DNA from: an uncultured Gammaproteobacteria bacterium
GTDB lineage: Bacteria > Patescibacteriota > Microgenomatia > Levybacterales > UBA12049
Direction: 5' to 3'
DNA: 64,000 nt
NCBI GenBank assembly: GCA_964490105.1
Contig: CAZAZU010000003.1
Location: forward strand, 245 to 64,244
The first letter of the stretch is position 1; each line of letters opens with the position of its first letter. Position numbers and translations under genes: made by a program. Below are positions 36,614 to 46,493 of the stretch, in pieces. The notes below the pieces were generated by a model that was not told where the DNA came from, did no database searches, and saw only the letters and a program-made list of their open reading frames with translations.

Positions 36614-38782
36614 TTAAGGGTTTGGAGTGGGAGATGGTGAGAGCTCTGGATGAGCACATGTTACGCAATATCTGTCTCCAGTGTCATCAGTTATAACATA
36701 GTGTTCTTTAAGCTCTAGATTATCTGTCTGTTTTGGATCTTTTGGAATATTTTGTGTTGTTTTATCTACAAAAATATTTGTTTTGCCCGGATCTCTTCTT
36801 TTAGGAAATTTATTTCTCACAAAATAATCTGCTCTCATCTCGCATGTAGATCCTTCTGCCGGAAATAAACCTGAATGACGACAGACATTTAATCTAACCG
36901 CATTTTGAGGGGGAATTAGAGGCGAAGTTTTTTCATCTTCAAGAAGAAACGACATAATCTCATTCCAAATAGGGGATGCTCCTGTTACTCCTGAAACAAC
37001 AGCTCCCATCGGAGTATTATCATTATTTCCAACCCAGGTGGTAACTACATATTTAGGAGTGTATCCTATCGTCCAGTTATCTCTGTAGTCATTTGTGGTT
37101 CCTGTTTTTACAGAAACAGTTTGGCCCGGGATATTAAGAACTGAATTTGTACCGAATGCCATCGCTCTTGCCTGGTTGTCAGATAAAATATCAGAAATAA
37201 TAAAGGTGACTTCTTCAGGAAGAACTCTTTTACCAAATATTGGCGCCTGGTTTTTTTTCTTTTCAAGAGTTTTTCCGCGGCTGTCTTTTACCTCGATAAC
37301 TGGATTCAGATCTACGCGGTAACCTTTATTTGCAAACACTCCAAATGCCGTAGTCATATCAAGCATTGTTACTTCTCCTCCTCCAAGAGTTAAGGAAAGT
37401 CCGTACCTTTCGGCATCTGTAAATGTATTAATTCCCATGGCAGCAGCTGTTGCCATCATTGTCTCAACTGTATTAAGTTTTAGCATTTTTACTGCAGGAA
37501 TATTTAAAGAGCTTGCTAAAGATTCTCTAAGGGTTACTGCTCCATGAAATTTTCCGTCATAATTTTTAGGACAATATGAAGGGCCATTTGATTGGGGATA
37601 GCAGGTTTCTTTATCAACGAATACTGTGGCTGCGGAATAACCGTTTTGAATACCTACTGCGTAATTGATCGGCTTAATTGAAGATCCAGGTTGTCTAAGG
37701 GCTAGCGCTATATTTACATTTCCATCAATTGAAGTGTCGAAATAATCTTTACTTCCCACCATAGCTAATATATCTCCGTTTGCGGGATCGCTTACTACTG
37801 CTGCTCCATTAGAAACTCTAGCAAATCTTAGCTTTGCTACCTCAGTAGCAACAGCAAGCTCGGCAAATGCTTGGACACTTGAATCGAGTGTGGTTGTTAT
37901 CTGGAATCCACCTTCTTCAGTGAATTTTTTACCATATTTCTCCTCCATCATATCTCTAATGTAGAGAACAAAGTGGGGAGCCTGGATATTATTGGAAATA
38001 TTTTTATATTCTAATTTTTGATTTCTAGCTTTTTCTTCCTCTTCTTCTGAAATATATCCTTGTTCTCTCATTTGCCTAAGAACAAGTTCTTGTCTGTCTT
38101 TTGCTAGGTCTGGACGGGATCCAAAAGGAGAATAAAGAGTCGGGCTTTGGGGAAGACCTGCTAAGAGTGCTGCTTCAGCAAGAGTTAAGTCCTTAGCACT
38201 TTTTCCAAAATAAGTTTTAGCAGCGGCCTCGATTCCATAGGCTGTTCCTCCATATGGAATTTGATTTAGATACATTTCGAGAATTTGAGATTTAGAATAT
38301 AAAACTTCAGTTACGAATGCTAAAACAATTTCCTTAACTTTTCGCTGAATTGAGCGCTCTGAAGTTAAAAGACTGCTTTTTATAAGCTGTTGGGTGAGAG
38401 TTGAGCCTCCTTGTATGGGTTTTCCTGATACATTTGCGACTAGTGCTCTAGTGATTCCTCTTATATCAATTGCGCCGTGTTTGTAGAAATCTTTATCTTC
38501 AACTGCAATCGTGGATTCTTGAACATGCCTCGGGATATCTTTAAGCGGAATCTGGATCCTGTTCTTATTTGAATAAACTGTATATAAAAGTTTTCCGTCT
38601 CGATCAAAAATTTGACTAGATTCAGGAATTGAAGATGGATTATTTAGGCGGGTTGGGGAGGGAAGATCTTTTAAGACAAAACTATACGTAAATATTCCCA
38701 AGGGAATTGCCAAGAGTACAATGACTAATCCGAAATACTTTTTCTTGCGAAATTTCCGATAGAATTTCCTGATAGTTCCCAT
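36614..38782 (-). CDS. Class A penicillin-binding protein (PBP1A family)
   Basis: EDKDFY, GGSTLTQQL, SSIK, SLN, KTGT. Confidence 0.95.
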   Translation of the reverse strand: MGTIRKFYRKFRKKKYFGLVIVLLAIPLGIFTYSFVLKDLPSPTRLNNPSSIPESSQIFDRDGKLLYTVYSNKNRIQIPLKDIPRHVQESTIAVEDKDFYKHGAIDIRGITRALVANVSGKPIQGGSTLTQQLIKSSLLTSERSIQRKVKEIVLAFVTEVLYSKSQILEMYLNQIPYGGTAYGIEAAAKTYFGKSAKDLTLAEAALLAGLPQSPTLYSPFGSRPDLAKDRQELVLRQMREQGYISEEEEEKARNQKLEYKNISNNIQAPHFVLYIRDMMEEKYGKKFTEEGGFQITTTLDSSVQAFAELAVATEVAKLRFARVSNGAAVVSDPANGDILAMVGSKDYFDTSIDGNVNIALALRQPGSSIKPINYAVGIQNGYSAATVFVDKETCYPQSNGPSYCPKNYDGKFHGAVTLRESLASSLNIPAVKMLKLNTVETMMATAAAMGINTFTDAERYGLSLTLGGGEVTMLDMTTAFGVFANKGYRVDLNPVIEVKDSRGKTLEKKKNQAPIFGKRVLPEEVTFIISDILSDNQARAMAFGTNSVLNIPGQTVSVKTGTTNDYRDNWTIGYTPKYVVTTWVGNNDNTPMGAVVSGVTGASPIWNEIMSFLLEDEKTSPLIPPQNAVRLNVCRHSGLFPAEGSTCEMRADYFVRNKFPKRRDPGKTNIFVDKTTQNIPKDPKQTDNLELKEHYVITDDTGDRYCVTCAHPELSPSPTPNP

Positions 38783-38888
38783 CAGATAATAATACCATTC
38801 ATGAAGTCATAGAAACAACAATTTACCTCGTATCTTTTTTATTGAAACGATTAAATTAGATCAACAACCCTTAGAAAAAAGTTAACGG

Positions 38889-39938
38889 ATGAACTATAAT
38901 AATTCTGTGATTTCAATAGAACAAATTCAAGCTTTCCTGCACTTTCTTACGATCCCTTTTGTCGGTTTAAATTTTATAGATATAGCAATCTTTGTAATAG
39001 TTGCTTTTTATGCTCTGGAAGGATATGCACTGGGTTTCATAAAAGGATTTGCAGATTTTATAAGCTTTTTGGCCTCATTTTTATTTGGACTTACTTTTTA
39101 CGATATTTTTGGAGATTTTTTGGTTAATACTTTTAGTATTCCGAAAGGCTTCGGAAATGCATTAGGATTTTTTCTGGCTGCATTCGTTTGTGAAGTTGCG
39201 TTAACCATTTTACTTAGGAGCATTATTCTTCCTTTTATTTTTAAGAGTCTTGAGAAAATTAATTATCCCAAGAAAGCAGAAAAAATCTTAGGAATTTTAC
39301 CTGGAGTTTCATCTGCCTTTGTTCTTTTGTCTTTTATTTTAACTATGGTGGTGGCACTTCCTCTTTCACCGTTTATGAAAAATTCTGTCGCATCATCAAA
39401 GCTTGGAGAGCCGCTAGTCTCAAATATTCAGGGATTTGATAAAGAGCTTAATGATGTTTTCGGCGGAGCAGTAAACGACGCATTAACTTTTTTAACTGTT
39501 GAGCCGAAGAGCGATGAGCTTTTAGAGTTGAATTTTACGACCACAAATGTAAAAGTTGACAGAGATTCTGAAGTAGAAATGCTTGCCTTAGTTAATGCCG
39601 AAAGAGAAAACTTAGGACTTGTTCCCGTGGAGGAAGACCCTAGTTTAAGAGAGGTGGCCAGAGCTCATTGTACAGATATGTTAGAGCGTGGATATTTTTC
39701 TCACTATACACCTGAAGGAAAATCACCTTTTGACAGAATGGCTGAAGCAGATATCGCTTATAAATTTGCAGGAGAAAATTTAGCCTTGGCGCCTTCCACA
39801 AAACTTGCCATGAAGGGACTTATGAACAGCGCTGGGCATAGAGCAAATATTCTTTCGGAAAATTTCGGAAGAGTAGGGATAGGTGTAATTGATGGGGGAA
39901 TTTACGGAGAGATGTTTTGCCAGGAATTTTCAGATTAA
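38889..39938 (+). CDS. CvpA-family membrane domain fused to CAP/SCP domain
   Basis: N-terminal TMs with GYALGFI. CAP motifs HCTDM..YFSH, GENLA, MNSAGHRANIL. Confidence 0.88.
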   Translation: MNYNNSVISIEQIQAFLHFLTIPFVGLNFIDIAIFVIVAFYALEGYALGFIKGFADFISFLASFLFGLTFYDIFGDFLVNTFSIPKGFGNALGFFLAAFVCEVALTILLRSIILPFIFKSLEKINYPKKAEKILGILPGVSSAFVLLSFILTMVVALPLSPFMKNSVASSKLGEPLVSNIQGFDKELNDVFGGAVNDALTFLTVEPKSDELLELNFTTTNVKVDRDSEVEMLALVNAERENLGLVPVEEDPSLREVARAHCTDMLERGYFSHYTPEGKSPFDRMAEADIAYKFAGENLALAPSTKLAMKGLMNSAGHRANILSENFGRVGIGVIDGGIYGEMFCQEFSD

Positions 39939-39941
39939 TTT

Positions 39942-40976
39942 ATGACTAATTTGCCCAACTTAGAATCTGGAGAAGTTAAAGATAAAAAAGTAATTCTAAG
40001 ATATGAGTGTGATGTCAGACTTTCTGAAAGCGGAGAAATTCTAGATGAAACAAGGCTAGTTTCAGGCTTTTCTACTATAGAATATCTTCTTGATAATAAT
40101 TGTGAAGTAATAATTATCGGTCATTTAAGACGCCCCGAGGGGTGGGATGAAAAATATAGTCTTCTTCCTGTTGCTAAATGGTTTGCCAAGGAATTTGAAT
40201 CAAAAGAATCTGAAGTTGAATTAGGTAAATTTAAAGGCTGGAAGATTAAAGACCGGCTTATTTTGCTTGAAAATTTACGCTTCTTTAAAGAAGAAAAAGA
40301 GAACGAATCTAATTTTGCAAAAGAATTAGCAAGTCTTGGAGAGGTTTATGTTAACGAAGCATTTGGATCAAGTCACCGAGGGCACGCTTCTATAGTTGGA
40401 ATTCCAAAGCTTTTACCTTCATTTCCGGGGTTTCATTTTACAAAAGAAGTAAGAGTCTTAGATGAGGTTGTTAATCTGCCAATTAACCCTCTTACTATTA
40501 TACTAGGTGGAGCAAAGATGGAAACAAAGATTCCAATTGTTTCTAGAATGCATCAGATTGCTGATTATATTTTAATTGGAGGCAAAATTGCCGGCGAAGA
40601 TAGAAGAAGAATTGAGGATGTAAGGAGTAGTAAGGCTAAAATTATAATTGCTGATTCTTCAGAGGATGGGAAGGATATTTCAAAAAAAACAGTGAGCGAA
40701 TTTGAAAATATTATTTCTCAAAGCGGAATGGTGGTTTGGAATGGACCGATGGGATACATCGAGGGCGGATTTGAGCAAGGGACTCTTTCAATTGCAAAGG
40801 CTATTGTAAATAGTGGTGCATATAAAATCTCCGGGGGAGGGGACACTGTCGCTTTTTTAAATAAGCATAAATTATTTGATAAATTTGATTTTGTATCTAT
40901 GGGGGGAGGAGCCATGTTAGAATTTTTATCTGGAGATTCACTTCCTGGTGTTGAGGCGCTACAAAATAGCTCTTGA
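39942..40976 (+). CDS. pgk: Phosphoglycerate kinase (short, divergent)
   Basis: LLENLRF, NEAFGSSHRGHAS, LGGAK, WNGPMG, GGGDT, SMGGGAMLEFL. Confidence 0.88.
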   Translation: MTNLPNLESGEVKDKKVILRYECDVRLSESGEILDETRLVSGFSTIEYLLDNNCEVIIIGHLRRPEGWDEKYSLLPVAKWFAKEFESKESEVELGKFKGWKIKDRLILLENLRFFKEEKENESNFAKELASLGEVYVNEAFGSSHRGHASIVGIPKLLPSFPGFHFTKEVRVLDEVVNLPINPLTIILGGAKMETKIPIVSRMHQIADYILIGGKIAGEDRRRIEDVRSSKAKIIIADSSEDGKDISKKTVSEFENIISQSGMVVWNGPMGYIEGGFEQGTLSIAKAIVNSGAYKISGGGDTVAFLNKHKLFDKFDFVSMGGGAMLEFLSGDSLPGVEALQNSS

Positions 40977-41007
40977 TGAATTTTGTACTTAGATTTATAC
41001 TCTATAG

Positions 41008-41604
41008 ATGACACCCCAAGACCTTAAAGATATTAGAAATATTACTGTATCGGGCCGAATCGCCTCTGGATCCACAACTCTTGCAAAACATTTAGCCGAC
41101 ACTCTCGGGTGGCGCCATGTAGAAGGCGGGGATATTTTTTGGGAAAGAGTAAGAGGAAGGCTTGGGCTTGATCCAAAAGACACAGATAAAAGACCGGATG
41201 ATGAAGATAAAGTTTTTGATGAAGAGCTCAAAAAAATGTTAACAAATGATAAAAATCTGATTCTTGAGACTAAGCTGGCGGGATTTAATGCGCAAGATAT
41301 CCCTGGTGTATTTAAAATTCTTGTAGTTTGTGAAGATTCTGCTGGGGAGGATCATATGGATATTAGAATAGATAGGCTTATTAATCGTGAACAGCAGTCA
41401 TTAGAAAGTGCAAAACAAGAAGTAATTGAAAGAGAAAAAAACGATATAGATAAATGGAGGAGAATGTATGCCAATGGAGACGAGAATTGGATTTATTGGG
41501 ATAGGAAATACTACGATTTTGTAGTTAATACCTATTCACATAATGCTGATGAAAGTCTTAATTTGGTTCTTGAACAGCTTGGTTTTTCAAAGAAAACTTC
41601 TTGA
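41008..41604 (+). CDS. cmk: Cytidylate kinase (archaeal-type)
   Basis: ITVSGRIASGSTT, GDIF, ETKLAG, YDFVVNT. Confidence 0.75.
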   Translation: MTPQDLKDIRNITVSGRIASGSTTLAKHLADTLGWRHVEGGDIFWERVRGRLGLDPKDTDKRPDDEDKVFDEELKKMLTNDKNLILETKLAGFNAQDIPGVFKILVVCEDSAGEDHMDIRIDRLINREQQSLESAKQEVIEREKNDIDKWRRMYANGDENWIYWDRKYYDFVVNTYSHNADESLNLVLEQLGFSKKTS

Positions 41605-41653
41605 AATTAAGATTTCATAGTGGTAGAGTAGGCTAGTTCTACAGTTAACATTT

Positions 41654-42241
41654 ATGAAGAGTCTAATAAAGTTAATATCGGGAATAATTTTTTTCATAAT
41701 TATAGTTTCATCTTCTGCTCAAGCGCAGGTGATGGAAGTAACCACAAAACCTACGGAAAGTATCCCAATGCCTACTACCAGTCTAACTCCAAGTCCGGTT
41801 CCTGAAGCTGTCCAGTACCAGCTTCCATATCCTGGAATTCTTCCAGGAAGCCCCTTGTATTCAATAAAAATGATTAGAGATAGAATTATGGAGATTTTAA
41901 TCTCAGATCCAGTAAAAAAATCCAATTTTTATTTACTTCAAGCTGATAAAAGAACAGCGAGCGCTTTAATGCTCTATGAGAAAAATGAAGACAAAACGGC
42001 AGAAACTACATTAACAAAAGCCCAAAAATATTTAGAAAAATCTTTAGTAAAAGCACAGGAGGCAAAAAATTCGGGCAAAGACGTCGGGGATATATTTGCA
42101 AGAATTAAAGATTCTTCATCAAAACAAAAACAGGAAATAGAAATAATTAGCGGAAAATCTAAGGAAAAAAAAGAATCTTTGAAAGATGACCTGGAAAAGG
42201 TAAAAAACATCGAAAAAAGTGCAGATCAACTTAAGCCGTAA
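41654..42241 (+). CDS. Secreted DUF5667-like protein
   Basis: Signal peptide, LPYPGILPGSPLYSIK..LLQADKR. Confidence 0.75.
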   Translation: MKSLIKLISGIIFFIIIVSSSAQAQVMEVTTKPTESIPMPTTSLTPSPVPEAVQYQLPYPGILPGSPLYSIKMIRDRIMEILISDPVKKSNFYLLQADKRTASALMLYEKNEDKTAETTLTKAQKYLEKSLVKAQEAKNSGKDVGDIFARIKDSSSKQKQEIEIISGKSKEKKESLKDDLEKVKNIEKSADQLKP

Positions 42242-42403
42242 AATATAGATTCTTAGAATAAATGTACTAATTTTTTACTCGGGTCTTTAATTTTTAATCA
42301 TATTTTTATACCCGATTTTTCCCTGATTTTTCTCTTAATTTTGGTCCTGTTTAAAAATGAGGCTAGAAAAACGACTGATATTTTTTGATCTAGTATTTGT
42401 TAG

Positions 42404-42456
42404 TTGACACCCCACTGTTAGCGGCATATGATCGATCTTGGCACTAGATTTAGTGT
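42404..42456 (+). promoter_or_regulatory. nrdR-nrdJ promoter with tandem NrdR boxes
   Basis: TTGACA-17-TATGAT at 42404-42432. NrdR box GCACTAGATTTAGTGT at 42441-42456 and a weaker box ACCCCACTGTTAGCGG at 42409-42424, 32 bp apart. Confidence 0.75.
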
Positions 42457-42492
42457 CTGAACTTTAAGAATTTGCCCGAAGAAAAATAAGCT

Positions 42493-42942
42493 ATGAAATG
42501 TCCATATTGCGGTTCCCGCGAAACAGAAGTAGTAGAAACCAGAGACAGTGAAGATCTTGAGACAATAAGAAGAAGACGAAATTGTGTTAAGTGCGAGAAG
42601 AGATTCACGACTTATGAAAGAGTAGAGAATGTTAATCTGGTAGTTATTAAAAAAGATGGACGACGAGAACAGTTTAATAGAGATAAACTAAGAAACGGAA
42701 TTTCTAGATCCTGCGAAAAGACTACGGTATCAGTTGAAGACATTGAGAAGATAATAGTAGAAGTAGAAAGAGAATTAAGAGGAGCAGACTCGGTAGAAGT
42801 AGAAAGTAAAAAAATAGGGCAAATGGTGGCTGGAAGACTAAAGAAATTAGATAAAATTGCATATATAAGATTTTCGAGTGTATTCAAAAGATTTGTAGAC
42901 ATAGAAGACTTTGAAAAAGAAGTCAAAAAATTAATAAATTAA
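42493..42942 (+). CDS. nrdR: Transcriptional repressor NrdR
   Basis: MKCPYC..IRRRRNC..RFTTYE, ATP cone, AYIRFSSV. Confidence 0.97.
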   Translation: MKCPYCGSRETEVVETRDSEDLETIRRRRNCVKCEKRFTTYERVENVNLVVIKKDGRREQFNRDKLRNGISRSCEKTTVSVEDIEKIIVEVERELRGADSVEVESKKIGQMVAGRLKKLDKIAYIRFSSVFKRFVDIEDFEKEVKKLIN

Positions 42943-42945
42943 ATT

Positions 42946-45357
42946 ATGAAATTAGACGGTGTAAGACAAAAAGTATTTTTAGACAGATATTCTTTAAAAG
43001 ATAAAGAAGGAAATCCCATGGAACAAACTCCAGATGAGATGTGGAGAAGAGTTGCTAAGGGAATTGCAGGACAGGAAAAGAAGGCTGACCAGAAGCATTG
43101 GGAGAAGAAATTCTATGATTCGATGGAAGGATTTAAGTTTCTTCCAGGGGGACGCATTTTAGCTGGCGCTGGAACTGGATTTGATGTCACATATTTTAAC
43201 TGCTTTGTTATCCCATCTCCAAAAGATTCCAGGGATGGAATTTTAGATAATCTTAAGATAATGATTGAAATCATGGCAAGGGGCGGAGGAGTAGGAATCA
43301 ATCTATCAAGTCTTCGTCCAAAGGGTTCTCGCGTTCGAAAAGTAAATGGTTTTTCATCTGGCCCTATGAATTGGGCAGAGCTTTATTCACTAGCCACAAA
43401 AGACATTGTTCAGCAGGGAGGATCTCGAAGGGGAGCTCTTATGCTCATGCTTCATGATTGGCATCCAGACATCGAAGAATTTATTACTGTAAAACAGGAC
43501 CTAACTCGCATTAACGGTGCTAACCTTTCAGTTTGCGTAAGTGACGCATTCATGGAAGCTGTAAAAGCAGACGCTGACTGGGATTTGGAATATCCAGATC
43601 TGGATGACCCTAAGTATGATGAAAAATGGAATGGAGACCTTGAAGGCTGGAAAAAGCTTGGAGGAAAAGTCGTAGTTAAAAAAACAGTTAAAGCAAAATA
43701 TCTTTGGGATTTAATTTGTACAGCTGCTTGGACTTCAGCAGAGCCAGGTCTTCACTTCCTTGACCGCTCAAACAAAAGATCAAACACAGCATATTTTGAA
43801 ACTCTAATCGCTACTAACCCATGCGGAGAACAGCCCCTTGGAGCTTGGGCAGTTTGTAATTTAGGAGCTATGAATTTGTCTGCTTATGTAAATGAAAAAG
43901 GTGAGTTTGAATACACGAGATTTGGAAAAGATGTAAGAGTTGCGATGAGATTTTTAGATAATGTGATTGATGACACATACTACTTCTTTAAAGAGAATGA
44001 AAAAGTTGCAAAAGATATTAGAAGGACTGGTCTTGGAATTCTAGGATTAGCTGATGCTTTAATAAAAATGAAGTTAAAGTATGGAGCTCCTGAATCAGAA
44101 GCGACTATTAAAAAGATTTTCGAAACTTTAAGAAATGAAGCTTATGATGCATCAGCTGATATCGCAAAAGAGAAAGGCGCTTTTCCTAAATTTAACAAAG
44201 AAAAATATCTAAAGGGATACCACATTCAAAGACTTCCTAAGGAAATTCAAGCAAAGATTGCAAAAAATGGAATTAGAAATGCTGTTCTACTCACAATTGC
44301 TCCAACAGGAACCACAAGTTTGATTTCTGGAGTTTCTTCTGGGGTAGAGCCAGTTTATGAGTTTGAGTTTATCAGGCGAGATAGGCTAGGGGAGCACAAA
44401 ATGTATCACCCTCTATATGAAGAGTGGAAAAAAGCCAATCCTGACGCCGAGAAACCTGGATACTTTGTTAGTGCAAATGATTTAACTCCAGAAGAGCACG
44501 TGACGGTTCAGGCAATTGCTCAGGAGTATATTGATTCTTCAATATCTAAAACTGTTAATGCTCCAAATGCTCATACTGTCGACGACGTAAAAAATCTCTA
44601 CATGTCAGCATATGACAATGGGCTTAAGGGCGTAACTTATATGAGGGATGGAAGTCGCGAGGGAGTTCTATCCAGAGTAGAAGAGAAGAAAGAAGAAGTA
44701 AAAGTTCCGGATGTAGCTAACCACACAGTAAGAGCACCCCGTCCTATGATGATGGAAGGAGTAACGTATAAGACTCAAACTCCAGTCGGGGATACCTACA
44801 TCACTCTTAATCATGATCAGAACAGAGAGCCATTTGAGATGTTTATAACTATCGGAAAAACAGGTTCTGATGTCGCAGCTATGGCTGAAGCATTGGGGCG
44901 CATGATTTCTCTTAATTTAAGTCTCGCAGGCAACCTGCCGCCGCGCGAGAGAATTAGACAAGTTATAAGTCAGCTGTCCGGAATAGGAGGAGCAAGAAGT
45001 GTGGGATTTGGAGAAAATAGAGTCAGATCTCTTCCTGATGCTGTTGCAAAAATATTAGCAAAGCAATATGCATTTAAAGTAAACGGTGTAGTAGAGGACA
45101 AATTAGTTCCGCCTTCAACTGCAAATGGTCATTCGGAAACACAGATCCCATTAACTGCAGATGCTCCGGTTGAGGAAAAATCTGAGCCACAGGAGGAAAT
45201 ATCAGTTCTTCAGCAGCTTCCTCTTCAAGAAGGAATCACAATTGACACAAAACCGAAGACTCACAACTTTGATATTTGCCCAGAATGCGGAACTTCAGCT
45301 TTTGTATTCGAAGAGGGATGCGGTAAGTGTTACGCTTGCGGTCATTCTGAATGCTAG
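42946..45357 (+). CDS. nrdJ: Class II (AdoCbl-dependent) ribonucleotide reductase with TSCPD domain and C-terminal Zn ribbon
   Basis: NCFV, TNPCGEQ, IAPTGT, SISKTVN, EEGCGKCYACGHSEC. Followed by B12 genes. Confidence 0.95.
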   Translation: MKLDGVRQKVFLDRYSLKDKEGNPMEQTPDEMWRRVAKGIAGQEKKADQKHWEKKFYDSMEGFKFLPGGRILAGAGTGFDVTYFNCFVIPSPKDSRDGILDNLKIMIEIMARGGGVGINLSSLRPKGSRVRKVNGFSSGPMNWAELYSLATKDIVQQGGSRRGALMLMLHDWHPDIEEFITVKQDLTRINGANLSVCVSDAFMEAVKADADWDLEYPDLDDPKYDEKWNGDLEGWKKLGGKVVVKKTVKAKYLWDLICTAAWTSAEPGLHFLDRSNKRSNTAYFETLIATNPCGEQPLGAWAVCNLGAMNLSAYVNEKGEFEYTRFGKDVRVAMRFLDNVIDDTYYFFKENEKVAKDIRRTGLGILGLADALIKMKLKYGAPESEATIKKIFETLRNEAYDASADIAKEKGAFPKFNKEKYLKGYHIQRLPKEIQAKIAKNGIRNAVLLTIAPTGTTSLISGVSSGVEPVYEFEFIRRDRLGEHKMYHPLYEEWKKANPDAEKPGYFVSANDLTPEEHVTVQAIAQEYIDSSISKTVNAPNAHTVDDVKNLYMSAYDNGLKGVTYMRDGSREGVLSRVEEKKEEVKVPDVANHTVRAPRPMMMEGVTYKTQTPVGDTYITLNHDQNREPFEMFITIGKTGSDVAAMAEALGRMISLNLSLAGNLPPRERIRQVISQLSGIGGARSVGFGENRVRSLPDAVAKILAKQYAFKVNGVVEDKLVPPSTANGHSETQIPLTADAPVEEKSEPQEEISVLQQLPLQEGITIDTKPKTHNFDICPECGTSAFVFEEGCGKCYACGHSEC

Positions 45358-45395
45358 TTTGTAAAGCAAGAGCTAATAGTTTATAGTTATTTTCA

Positions 45396-45487
45396 ATAAG
45401 GAAAGGGTAAGTGAGGCGTAAATCCTCCACAGTGCCGCTACCGTAAAGTCCCGATTTAATCGGGATAAAGTCGGAAAACCACCTTAT
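45396..45487 (+). promoter_or_regulatory. Cobalamin riboswitch (compact variant)
   Basis: ATAAGG..CCTTAT closing stem, GGGTAA, GAGG-CGTAAAT-CCTC T-loop, ACAGTGCCGCTACCGTAA and B12-box-like AAGTCGGAA. Upstream of B12 genes. Confidence 0.85.
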
Positions 45488-45516
45488 GTAGATTCTCGAG
45501 CAAGATTTTTTGGCGA

Positions 45517-45555
45517 ACTTCTCGAGATCCTTACAGGATAACGAGGAGTTTTTTT
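45517..45555 (+). terminator. Riboswitch expression platform: terminator/SD-sequestering hairpin
   Basis: AACTTCTCG..ATCC-TTACA-GGAT..CGAGGAGTT followed by a U-tract directly before ATG 45556. Contains the GAGGAG SD. Confidence 0.7.
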
Positions 45556-45963
45556 ATGGCAAAGAAATTAAAAATTATTTTAGGAATCTTTCTACTTCTA
45601 TTAGTTTCGTTTTTAATTTTATTTTTTAAATTTTATCAAGATGAAATGGAATGGTATAGCCGTAATGGTTTGGTCCCGGTTAAGAATTCTACGATTACAT
45701 CTACTGATATGCCGGTTAAGACAGAAACACATGTTTCATATTACGGAGCCGAAGGGAAGAATGCTCTAGAATTATTGGGGGAATATGAGCAATTTGAACA
45801 AGCATCCTCAGGATTGGTTATTTCTATAAATGGAAGAAGAGCTGAGGAAAAAAATAGAGAGTTTTGGGCTTTTTATATCAATGGGAAAACAGCAACTTTA
45901 GGGCCTGAAGATTACGTTACAAAGAAAGGAGATTTGATTGAATGGAAAATAGAAGAATATTAA
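45556..45963 (+). CDS. Membrane-anchored DUF4430 (transcobalamin C-terminal-like) protein
   Basis: GLVISING..FWAFYINGK..G..DY..GDLIEW. Confidence 0.85.
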   Translation: MAKKLKIILGIFLLLLVSFLILFFKFYQDEMEWYSRNGLVPVKNSTITSTDMPVKTETHVSYYGAEGKNALELLGEYEQFEQASSGLVISINGRRAEEKNREFWAFYINGKTATLGPEDYVTKKGDLIEWKIEEY

Positions 45964-46493
45964 ATTTTGAAAAATTACTTTTACCTTTAATAATCATTGT
46001 ATTTGGAGCAACTTTAAGGCTAATCCCGCACCCTGCAAATGTAGCGCCAATTGCTGCGATAGCTATTTTTGGAGGTGTATATCTTAATAAAAAATATGCT
46101 TTGGTTTTGCCGATTTTGGCTATGATTGTTTCAGATATTTTTTTGGGATTTAGTGTAAGTACGCCGCTTGTATATGCAAGCTTTCTTATTTCAGGGGTAA
46201 TTGGTTTATGGTTAAAAAATCACAAACATTTACCTTTAGTAATAGGCGCAACACTAGCTTCATCGATAATCTTTTTTCTGTTAACAAATTTTAATTTTTG
46301 GTACGTGACATCTTTATATCCAAAGACATTCGATGGAATGATTCAGGCATATTTTATGGCGTTGCCATTTTTCAGGAACACAGTAATCGGAGATTTAATT
46401 TACGTAGGTTTGTTTTTTGCAAGCTTTGAAGTGATATTAAAATTATCAAAGGAGTTCTATGGCAGGACCAATTTATACAAAAACAGGGGATAA
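45942..46493 (+). CDS. ECF S-component-like transporter (DUF6580/CbrT/BtuM-like)
   Basis: RLIPHPANVAPIAAIAIF, SDIFLG, FFLLTNF..ALPFFRNTVIGD. About 6 TM. Confidence 0.8.
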   Translation: MENRRILNFEKLLLPLIIIVFGATLRLIPHPANVAPIAAIAIFGGVYLNKKYALVLPILAMIVSDIFLGFSVSTPLVYASFLISGVIGLWLKNHKHLPLVIGATLASSIIFFLLTNFNFWYVTSLYPKTFDGMIQAYFMALPFFRNTVIGDLIYVGLFFASFEVILKLSKEFYGRTNLYKNRG

